A stretch of DNA of 63,785 nucleotides, counting the filler, from Octopus bimaculoides (lineage: Eukaryota): assembly GCF_001194135.2 (NCBI RefSeq). It is 6 parts of 6 records of this genome, joined end to end, with 100 filler letters (N's around TTAATTAATTAA, not from the genome) between each part and the next. Parts side by side here need not be neighbours in the genome. Positions count along the whole stretch, not along the records: positions 27,560 to 55,109 come from NC_068988.1; 5 more parts are not named here. One strand, 5' to 3'. A program made the translations under genes and the position numbers. The notes under the pieces were generated by a model. It saw only the letters and a program-made list of their open reading frames with translations. It had not been told where the DNA came from and searched no databases. Positions 39,455-50,361 of the stretch are shown piece after piece. How positions within the stretch are numbered: the stretch's first letter is position 1; every line of letters starts with the position of its first letter.

Positions 39455-39686
39455 CATATTTAGTACTGGGAATATTTCATTTATGAATACGTATTTCTGT
39501 ATTTGTCTGAGTGTTGAGTCCTTCGGGTGCTTGGATAAAATGCAGATATCAAGTTGACCCAGTGTGCCTCCGTGTTGGTCTTTAGCATGTTGGTAGAATA
39601 TGGAAGACTGTTTTATTATCGCAATTTTCATTTAGTCTCTCCGCCATGCTTCTAGATGTCTCACCTATGTATATCATGTTCTTGTC

Positions 39687-39688
<2 letters not shown>
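39455..39688 (-). mobile_element. GIY-YIG endonuclease fragment (PLE-type)
   Basis: MIYIGETSRSMAERLNE / SSIFYQHAKDQHGG...ILSKHPKDSTLRQIQ...INEIFPVLN, with one frameshift. Confidence 0.8.
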
Positions 39689-39718
<30 letters not shown>

Positions 39719-40744
39719 CATACATACCTACATACATATGTGTATACACATGCACATTGACGCACAAACACGCGCACAGACAAACAAAAGGAACGCAGCT
39801 CTGATAACGGACACTCAACGACTATTGAAAATGTTGCAAGTCGCATAGTGTACTGTCTTGGGCCCACTTCACTCATTATTTACTCCAATGAGATTGACGT
39901 CATCAAACACAGTAGCATTAGAATTTTCGCGGAAGACTCTATGCTTTTGCAGATTATCGACAAGGCAGGAGACCGGATTAATCTCTAATCCGGTCTCTAA
40001 TCCGTTGTTATCCGATGGGCAGAAAAAACTACAATAAGCAGCTAAACGAGAATAGATTCGAATTAATCCACTTTAGTAAAGAGGTTGCACTACACTCTTC
40101 CTTCGGGCGAAAATCTTATCTCATCAAACAGCGCTCTCCCTCCCTCGAACTTATTGTCCTTGTGCCAAAATTTGAAGCCAATAATTGTGAACTGTCTTCG
40201 TGATAGTACTGAGCTGCATTATGTAGAGAAAATTTGTATTTATTCCATTCGATATCGTTAGAATGCTGTTCTATTTATCCAACTGCTGTATATGTAAATG
40301 CAAATGTTCCAAGTTCTATTCAACAACCTAGCACCACACTAAAACGGTCTGTATACATTTCTTGGGTGCTCTATAGATTACAGAGATTGTTTTACGATAA
40401 TGAGTGAAACGATGAAAATATTCTCACTAATCGCTTAAATGGTGGTGCTCCAGCATGGCCGCAGTCAGAATGCCAAACCGCATCTTCGACCGTAAAGAAT
40501 CAAAATGACAGAAAAAAAAAAGCGATATTTAGTTCTTGTTGAATTTTCCCGTTCCTGAATATATCAAAGAACTTGGAGACACGATATTTTCATAGATGTT
40601 CTTGACGTCTATCGGTCGGTGACGACACAAAAAGCGTAAAAAGGTTTAGTCAGACCGTAGGTTTTAATGGCCTTGGAAGATATCTGATGCCATTCACATT
40701 AGCTACGACACATAAGTCTTCAGAAACTGAGTAAAGGTTTTTCA

Positions 40745-40935
40745 AGTGATTATGTTAAGACAAAGTGTTAAATTAAGATCGACCCCAGTACGAAACTGGT
40801 ACTTAATTCATCGACCCCGAAAGGATGAAAGGCAAAATCGACTTCGGCGGAATTTGAACTCAGAACGTAAAGACAGACGAAATACCACTAAGCATTTCGC
40901 CCGGCGTGCTAACGTTTCTGCCAGCTCGCCGCTTT
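40745..40935 (-). mobile_element. SINE family A, near full length
   Basis: Reverse complement of the 13434 consensus, including A and B boxes. Confidence 0.9.
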
Positions 40936-41998
40936 TGACAGACTAATATACTTTTATTTAATCTAGGTGTTAGTACTACTCTAGGTTTAGTACCACTCTG
41001 CATATAAACTGATGTCTATTATATACTATTTATTATAAGAAAATGAAAATGACTTTTACCAAGTATTGGATGAAGTCAAGAGAAATAAAATAAAATACGA
41101 TAAAAAATTAAAACAAAAAATTGCAAGAGATAGTTTAAGCACTTTGTTGCTTATTTATAATTTTGGCTAGTAACTATCACCATCACTCAAATAAGATTAA
41201 TTTTGTAATATATTTTTTCTTTTTCATTTTTACTATGAGTACTTTCTGTTATTGTTGTTGGTGGTATTATTGTAACATTTTTCTTATACGTTTATGCTTG
41301 CGTCCTCCGGAATTTGATAATTTAATTTGTTGAAAGATGCCCAAAATATTCAAAAAAATCAAACAGGAATTACTCGTATTCCACCCGATGAAGAGTCTAG
41401 ACACAGTTGTAACTGAAAAAATATTCAACTATAGAATCTTTTCTGTTTGGCTATCACCATACAGTTTCTTCAGTTTTGTTCCAATTGTACTGATGTAGTT
41501 TTGTATGGTAATTGACACGAAATAAATTTTCGCCATAAATAAAGAGTTAATAGCTTTTAAAGTTTGCAAATTTTGGATAATTTTAGCCAATCGGAAGCCA
41601 CAAACATATAAGTGCTTGTTTCCATAGTAACAATTCAAGCGTTGGTAACTCTCCTACGTGTGTTTACGAAAAATGAAAACCGTGTGTTTAAGAAATATTG
41701 CATTTGTTTACAGTTTTTTTCTGCTCTTAAAACTACCAAAATATGCAGTTTACTCTTTTTTTTTCGCATTAAATGCATATTGAAAGCTTAAAACTACAAA
41801 ATATGTCATTTACTCGTTTTGGGATCATTTTCGCTTATTAAATGCTTAAAACACGAGGTATGAGGTGATCGTAAGATGTACTAAAAATAACAACTAAATA
41901 GGCCTTAAATCACGCACCAAAAATTTTTTTGTTTTTTGTTTTTGCATAATCGTATGAATTCCCGTGTGCAGACCTCTGTAATTTAAAAAAAATATATA

Positions 41999-42254
41999 GC
42001 TTTATATATAATCCATTCAATACATTGACTGATTTGCGCTAGTAGAGGGCGACATCTTTTTACCATAAGAGAGATTTTTTCTCCACAGTAACTGTTGGGT
42101 ATTTGCCTTTTAACAGTTGAAATATGTAACAAACATATTTCAACTAGCTTAAATTCTGCTCATACCTAAACTCTGCTTCGCGTTAACGCTTCGTTGTTTA
42201 CCTCGATCTACTGGCGTAAGTCAGTCAATGTATTGACTGGATTATATGTAAAGC
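41999..42254. mobile_element. Tc1/mariner-type MITE (~256 bp, ~48-bp TIRs, TA TSD)
   Basis: 41998-42046 versus the rc of 42207-42255 gives 44/49 identity, with TA on both flanks. The internal part recurs degenerate at 45241-45356. Confidence 0.75.
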
Positions 42255-42259
42255 TACGA

Positions 42260-45160
42260 CTTTATTAAGTTCGTTCAGAGTTGCCTGTTGTACCTACATC
42301 TCTGCTGCTGAAATCTTTATTAGTGTGAGTCTTATTTTTTGTCGGTGAATTTTTGTTAATTGTTATACTGTTTGTTGTTCTGTGGATTCTTGTGGAATCG
42401 AACTTTTGTCGTCATGTGGACGGTGTTTTCGCCCTATGGGGTGGATAATTGTTAATTAATTTTTGTGAACTTTGTCCGGTACGGGGTGAAATATTTTTTT
42501 CTCTACTTTTGTCATTCGTGACAGGTGTGCTTTTCTATGTTGTTGTCTGTAAAGACAATATTGTGTTTAAAAAAATGGATTTGATTCAAAATCAAATAAG
42601 GATTTTCCTTGAATGGAAAAAAAATACTGAAAGAAATGAAGGTGAAAAACCAATTTTTTCAGCGACCGTTGGAGGCAAATTTATAGATATGAGAGTTTCA
42701 AAAGAACAACTATTTAAGTTGGCATCTAAAACGGTGGTGTATAAAAATTTATAGCAAAAAGGAAAAGAAAATAATGCCTATAAAAAAATGAAACTGTGGA
42801 AAAGTGTCTGGCACCCATTTGGGACAAAATTGTGTACATAGGAAAAGGAGTGAGAAGCGCTACGGTGGAGGCGCATTTTAAAGACGCCGAAAAGGCAAAG
42901 CAAATATCAACGCAAACATTGAGGAACGACGAAATAATCCTCCTTCTGACATATTTAGGAAGGAGGACAGCAAAATTTAAGATAGAAGAAATACCAACCG
43001 GGTACGAGGCGTTATGGTTGGCCGCTGCGGTTATCTATGACGCCGAAAAAGGAATCACAATACTACAAATAAGAAGAAATGAGGCCATTAATTGGAAAGG
43101 CCAAATCCTGGAAATTGTTGTATAGGCCCCAAATGAGGTCTTGGAATCAAGGCCAAACCAGATTTTTATAGGGGAAGGACTAAGTGCTCATGTTTCGGTG
43201 GAAGGTCGAGAAGGGACACGTAAGGTCAGACTGCGAAAAGGCAAAAAAGGTAGATGTCCCTCCCCTAAAAGAAAAAGGTATTAGAAACCAACAAGGAGGC
43301 GGAGAAAAAAAACGGAAAAACCGGAGAAAGAGATAAACAAAGAAGAGGAAGGTAAATCACAGAAAACAAAAGATGGCGATAAAGGAAGTCAACAAGATAA
43401 AACGGAAGAGATGGGTTTTACAGTTGTGACACATAAAGGGAAAAAAGCCCCAGCCCCCTGACTCCCCTCCCCTAACAAAGAAAGCAACAGACACACACGC
43501 AGGCACACAAGAAAAAATTCCCCAGCCCACTCCCAAATCGAAACCCCCGACCGACCCTCCCCCCAACAAAAAGAAAGATACATAAAGTACAATGAAAAAA
43601 ACCAAGAAATGGCTAGAATTTTTGGCGGACACCCGAAGGTGGTCATATATAAGCGTGTACAAGACATGCCAGCCCATATTAGGTTAGCAAAAATTATTGA
43701 CGATGATGAACTGTACGAATCATGTTTTTTTCGTGACCTGGAGAATTTCTTAGAGACGTCTGAGACTAGTTTTAATAGGAGATTTTAACACTATTCTCGA
43801 TGTACCAAAGGATAGTTGTGGCTCGGCAAATAGGAGGGGAAATCCTGGTCTCAAAAGGCTACTAACAAGCTATAACTTAGTAGACCGTTACAGGCTGGAC
43901 GAATCGCTCGTTCCACAGTGGACGTGGTCTAATAACGACGGTTCGCACAGGTCTTATCTAGAAAGAATATTTATTAAAGATAGAGATAAGGATACTGTTA
44001 GTTGTCCACGTTTCTATTGTGTCCCTTACACGGATCACAAATTTGTGACATGTAAAGTGTCCTTAGTTAAGTGTCATAGACAGGGACCAGGGTACTGGAA
44101 GCTGAACAAGTCTATTTTGACTTGTAAAGCCTTCCGTGCCCAGGTTAAGGAATTAGTCCAGAGGGCATTATATGGCGCCATCATCAATAATAGATGGTGG
44201 AGCACCCTCAAACGAGCCATTCGTTCAGAGTCTGTTAGATTTAGTAAACAGCTAAGTTTAGAAAAGACTAGAATAGAAGGGCAACTAGTTAAGGAATTAG
44301 ACGAGGCCATGGGATCTGGCTCTGCACCTAGAGTGACGGCGGCGAGGGCGGTCTTGTTCCGCACCTCAAAGCCAAACACGAAGGGTGTAGAGTCAGGGCT
44401 AAGTTACGTGCAGTGAGGAGAGAGGCTATTAACGTTGGACAGGATGAGGAAACCGTTATGCACGCCCTTGTACAGTGCCCGGAAATTTCGGGTTTGATAA
44501 TTTACGTGGAACTCNNNNNNNNNNNNNNNNNNNNNNNNNNNNNNNNNNNNNNNNNNNNNNNNNNNNNNNNNNNNNNNNNNNNNNNNNNNNNNNNNNNNNN
44601 NNNNNNNNNNNNNNNNNNNNNNNNNNNNNNNNNNNNNNNNNNNNNNNNNNNNNNNNNNNNNNNNNNNNNNNNNNNNNNNNNNNNNNNNNNNNNNNNNGCA
44701 TCCGGGAAGAGTACAGCAGTCAGCTGAGTCTGTGATAACCGGACTTTCAAAGGAAGGTAAAGCATGTTTTCTTTGTACAGTCGCCGTTATGAAAGAGTGT
44801 GCTTGGAGGACCAGAATGAAAGGAGTCCGGCCCAGGCTTGCTGTATTTCTTCAGATACCATCTGAAGAGGAAGATGGTGCTGGAGAGAAGACATCTGTCT
44901 CGAGGCATATCTGAGAAAAGATGGAAGGATGTTGTAAGGAAGTTGGGAGTGATTGTCCCTACTTAATCACATGGCAGAAGGTTGTAGTCTCTGGTCTTCC
45001 GAACCATAGTCAGTGTTTTCAAAAAAATATTTTAATTGTGTATATAGAAATGATTTTTAAATAAATGTCATCTGATAAGCTCACCATAGCATCATTAATT
45101 GTTTTGTAATGTCCTGTATTGTCCTATCTGTGTATTGAATTTAATATTCATAATAAAGAA
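42260..45160 (+). mobile_element. L1/Tx1-clade LINE: ORF1, APE endonuclease, RT deleted, C-terminal CCHC, 3' UTR with AATAAA
   Basis: ORF1 remnants at 42566-43600. APE motifs LIGDFN, WTWSN, SYLERIF, TDHK, GPGYWKLN. These join directly to EETVMHALVQCP. AATAAA at 45152. Confidence 0.88.
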
Positions 45161-45629
45161 TCATCTCTTAGGTAGAAAAATTCCAAACATCGATGTCTAG
45201 GATTCCTAACAGCGGGCCACACTGAACGAAGCGATGTTTTCACACCTTTTTACCATAAGAGAGATTTTTTCTCCACGGCAACTGCAGTGTATTTGTCTGT
45301 TGGCAGTTCAAATATGTGACAAACATATTTCAATTATCCTTACTTCTACTCATATATATATGATATTACATTATGTCATATTATATACTTAAAAGCGTTA
45401 AACATTCTATCGATATTTTATTAAAATCCCTGGATAAAGAATTTGAGGTGAGAATGAAACAAAATCATTTCGTTAGATATAAATTTCCAGACAGTCTGTA
45501 GAATACCCAAATATTGTATACAACCTCACATAGTACCAATAACATCTGATTAATTAAGATCCTTGTGATAGAACATTCAGAGCTTAAAAAGTGAGTGTAA
45601 ACAAATTATGGATCTATTCCATCTCAATC

Positions 45630-47608
45630 AATTTTTATACATTCTATTCAATTGACATTTTGGGATCTATTCCATTTCAATCACAGATTTTTTTAATTAT
45701 TTTTTTTTAGTTAAACAGTTTGAAACTACGAATACTGGCGGAATTTCTCACGTAGAACACAGTTTACTCTGAACGTTTCTGACAAAATTTCGTATTTTAG
45801 AAGTTATTTCGTGTTAAAGTTGTCGTATTTGGGTAATTTTAACCAATCAATGAAGATATGTACTGCTGTTTGCGGAAGAGCAACGATTTCCGGGTCATTT
45901 CTACTAAATGCATTTGGATATTTTTATTTACTACTTGTGATTATTTTCTATTTTATCTTTATTTACTTGCCTCTGATTTATTTCCATCAACTTTTGTTTA
46001 CTTATCTGCATTAATCTGTATGCGTTACACCTGCCTGGTTATTTTTTTACATGCATCTCTTCCCGAATTGTGTATGTACTGCCATGAAATCTTACAGTGC
46101 ATTTCAAAGTTTAACATTCTGCATTAAAATTGATTTAATCTTTATCCGTTTGTATTGTTTTCACTTTTGTTTATATCGTTACATGCCTCGTTATGGATTA
46201 GGTTAGGGTTATAGAAATGGCTTAGAATTAGGGTTAGATAGCATGCTAAAGTGTAAATGGCCACGTATACTGAATGTACTAAAGATTGCACTAAATATTA
46301 ATTGAAACAGATTGCCTATCAGAAATTAGTCATGAAAGTGTCAACACACTTTACTTCACATTTCTGAGAGCAATAAAATACTAGATAAGTAAGTACTGAG
46401 TCAATATAGTTGACTAATTGTGTCCTCCTATAAAATTTCTTGCTTTGTGTCTTTGTTAGAAATTCTTATTAGTACTATCATTTTGTGCGCGCAAGAGAAA
46501 AAAATGGTGTTCAGAGAACATTTACAGGCTTTCCCAAACTGTTAATGTGAATGTAGATGATGTTTTTTTCAATTTCTGTAAATTAAAGTCTGAAGAAAAA
46601 GCGATTCTTTGTAGAGGTTGCCTTTCTAGAGGGAAATAAATTGGATAAAATATTTAGTATAAGGTTTGAGCTGTGAGACATGTTAAAGATGATGACGTGG
46701 GCTCAGTTTGATATAGTATACAGCTTATTAATTCACAGGAATAGCAGAGGCTGCTGTTTTTAAAGTTTTTTCTTTGTTTTATTTGAACAATTTGACTGGA
46801 CGAAGGGGCTGTATCCTTGGCCTTTGCATTCCTTCTGAGACGAAAGGCATGAGCTGTGCCTATGGTCTTTGCAGGCTACACAAAACTGGTAAGATTGGTA
46901 CAGTTGAACTTGAATAATATCATGTTGTTGGCTGCAGAAGAAAAAAAAACATGGGCAAGGAAGAAATTTCATAAGGCTGACAATCTTGTAAGAAAGGATT
47001 GAAAACAAGTTAATGCTTAGTTTACAGGTGAAATACAACCTACGTTAGCTTCGAACTCCACGTCGCCAGATACTGCGACTTGGTTTATATCCAATATAGT
47101 TGTACCACCACTATTGAGAAAATGGCCTACGATACACGGTGCCAGTCTGATACAATAACAAAATAACAATGCAGCAGCAATAAGAACGTAACAACCCAAC
47201 AATCTCTCTCGAACCGACAATAAATATTCCAAATAAACAAACCAACCGACACTTTCCAACTTCACTGGGAAATAACACAAATTTCTACGACCCATATACT
47301 TTCTCTCGGTTCAGTCCATTCCTTACAAGAGGGTATCTTGACTCTCATCACAAGACTGAGATTGTAAGAGGTGACTTGCAGTTACTAACTCTGGTCTTGA
47401 AGAAGAATCCTGCTCCGTCGACATATTTCCATTTTATTTATTCGTACGGTTCTGTTACTGCTGTCGTTGGTGTTGTTACTGCTGGAAACCACCTCTGCCC
47501 TGGTACTGGCATTTATATGAACAACGTAGACAAAAGACAAGTATCAAATACCATAATACATAAATTCTTTATTTATTAAAGTTATCTTCAATTGTAAAAG
47601 TCAAGTCA
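45630..47608 (+). repeat. Arm 1 of ~2-kb inverted duplication
   Basis: Reverse-complement match to 50362-50684 plus 52548-53937. The ORF track shows near-identical ORFs at 45858/53441 and 45811/53554. Confidence 0.93.
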
Positions 47609-48438
47609 TAAAACATCACCGTGATGTCATAGTTGTTAGTGTATCACTTCCATTAAAAATGTAATATCATAGTAGGCAATAGGAAGTTGCCTTAACAGCA
47701 TGAAATTTGCAATATAACTTTCCCTCCATATTGATATTTATCATCAACCACAACACTGTCTTTGTCTTCCTTCAAGCTACTCTTACCGATCCTTAAATAA
47801 TATAGGGCAGCTATGTATCCACTCTATAGCAGAACACCCATGCCCATCCTTCTACCATACTCATCATCAGGCATAAAGCCATCTTCCTCTCAGCTGAGGG
47901 AGCTTTTTCTTTGTCTTATGTCATGTAAAAGCTCTCACTACACTCTGTTAAGTGACTGGCTTTAAGAATGATGTCTAGCCATTGAAACTGTGCCAAAGCA
48001 GACATTGGAACTCAGTGCAACCCTCCAGCTTGTGAGATCTGATCAAGCCATCGAACTCATACCAGCATAGAAAACAGATATTAAATAACAATGACTGTAT
48101 GTATGTATGTATGTATGTATGTATGTATGTATGTGTGTATGTATGTATGTATGTATGTATGTATACATACACACCCACACACAATATACATGTACACACT
48201 TAATATCATACATTATGATATTAAGTTATATGTGATATATTTCTTTAGATTTCAAACTAACATTCATTGATATGTAACTTAGACTGTTAGCCATAAATTT
48301 ATAAGAGAAAGGAATGAAATTGTGTAATGTTCATGCCTTTCCCAATAGGATTTAGCTGCATAAATGAAGACAATTGGCTTTAACCAAGAGATGGAACTTC
48401 TTCTAACTGTTCTTATTAAGAATGCATCTCTCGATACT

Positions 48439-48665
48439 TTAACCCATTTGATACCAGCCAACTCGAAACTGCCCCTGGTTCAATGATAGAAACTTATTTT
48501 GTTTAAAAGGACTAAATGAAAGCTTCTCTTCAAAATTTCTTGTTAGTTTATATTCTAAACACCTTGATAACGACACAGTTATTTTACTAAATTCTTCATC
48601 ATTTTGAAAATTAATTGAAATAAATGTAGTGTATTCCATCAGAAATGTAATAGCAAAATAGTCAA
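48439..48665 (+). mobile_element. Degenerate TTAA-ended (piggyBac-like) MITE; related 3' end at 60740-60830
   Basis: Starts ttaacccatttgatacc. Its interior resembles 60740-60830, which ends ggtaacaaaagggttaa. Confidence 0.45.
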
Positions 48666-49479
48666 GCAGATCTCCTCAAACAGAATCATTATATTATCTC
48701 ACTTTTGAGGATAATTATTATTTTGCCAACAAATGTCTTTATGTAAAAACAGAAGTACCTTTTAAATATTATATCTGCATTTTATTGAATATTGGTACCA
48801 CTGTTGTCTCATCTTTAGCTGAATGTGAACATCATTAGGGGAAGAACATACTACATTTCACCTATTTTTTTATTCAGGCATTTTTTGGTGTAAATTTGAT
48901 TCATATTCGACCCATATGTGTGCAAAGGATAAATGAACTTTTTTCCATCGTATTTAATTGAGTACATCTTCTTAGGTGAATTCATTCAGATATCTCATGC
49001 TCTTAAAATAAGAACCATGGTTACTAGGACATCATGTGGCTGTAAAACCTGCTCTGTGTAAGCATTCGACTTTTTTTGTGCACGCTTAAAAAAGATTCAA
49101 CCAAATCAAAAAATAAACCCAAATACTAAGCGAACAAAGATGAACCATCCCAATTCAATTGCGCGCGTGCACACACACACAACCACACACAAACGTACAC
49201 ACACACACACGCACATACACACATTCACATACCCCCCTTTTACATACACACACATATATTCACACAGAGTTGAAACGCTGTTTGATTTATTTTTTCAGCG
49301 TACAATTTTCATTATCCCACTACCAAGTATGACATCACCCCTTCCTTATTCATTTATCACCCCTTCTTTTCTCATTCATAAACATAAAATAGTATTATTA
49401 TAGTAAATTATCTCGGTAACCATGAGAGCTATGAAAAAAATAGAAAGTCCTGCATCACCACCGGATCATTCTACACATC

Positions 49480-50075
49480 TGTGTAATTTTTCGTGCAATT
49501 CCACCCAACCGTTTGACCATGAATCCCAAGACAAGAAAGACTCGCCCATGTCAAATTTATAAGTATAGATGAGATGTTGTGTGCAAGAGAGAAGACTGTG
49601 CTAGTTTGGTCATGTAATGCATATGGATGAGGACAGCTGTGCAAAGAAGTGCCATGCTCTAATTGTGGAAGGGGGAGATCCATGAAGATGTTAGACAAAG
49701 CGGTGAAAAAGGATCTTTGGATGCTGGGCTTCACTGAGGAGAGGACAAGGGACTGAGAGATGTGGTGATTTACTGTACTTGATAAGATGTATCAAGCTAA
49801 GTAAAATCACTGTCTTCCACACATACAGGCTTGTGCTTCCAGGTGCTGGAGCCACTTAAAAAGCGCCCATGCCAGTGCTGCATTAAAGCACCCGTGCTGG
49901 TGCTGTGTAAACGTACCCATGCCAGTGGCATGTAAAAAGCACGACTGTTAAGTAGTTGGCATTAGGGGGTGGGGCATCCAGCCATAGAAACCGTGCCACA
50001 ACAGACAACTAGTCTGGACAGCTCCCTGCTAGGCAGCTCCATGTCAAACAGTTTGTTCTCGATGGAACATGAAGT
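49480..50075 (+). mobile_element. RTE-clade LINE 3' end (ORF2 C-terminus plus structured 3' UTR)
   Basis: VQERRLC*FGHVMHMDEDSCAKKC..LIVEG matches the RTE RRLRWFGHV motif. It is followed by gcacccgtgctggtg repeats and gggcatccagcc. Confidence 0.82.
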
Positions 50076-50361
50076 GGGTGCTCTGTGTCATTGTACCAGC
50101 AGCAGAAGCAAGTACCTTGTATACAGTAAATGTGAATGCAGAGAATACTCAGTAAACCAAGGTGTGTAGACAAAGGAGAATTGCAGAGTGTAATGACAGC
50201 AGAGACACCAGAAATGGTTTGTTGATCTGTACTGGTATCTCTCAAATGATGATAAATCCTCGTGTACACAATGAATAGTGAGAATCACAATGATAACTTT
50301 ATTCTTAATATGTTCTGGTATATTTGAATATTGAATATGCTAATCGATTACCATTTATTAA

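Noticed and set aside
41385-41430. ccgatgaagagt...actgaaa hammerhead-like string
   Set aside because: U4 is altered and no stem I or stem III can be formed.
42052-45356. 115-bp direct repeats flanking the Tx1 element, read as a giant TSD or LTRs
   Set aside because: Better explained as the interior of the 42-kb MITE plus a second degenerate copy.
46198-46247. ttagggttaggg telomere-like sequence
   Set aside because: Only two or three imperfect units inside a repeat; not an interstitial telomere array.
47180-47579. ~130-codon open frame in arm 1 of the inverted duplication
   Set aside because: No recognisable motif or early ATG, and it is disrupted in arm 2.
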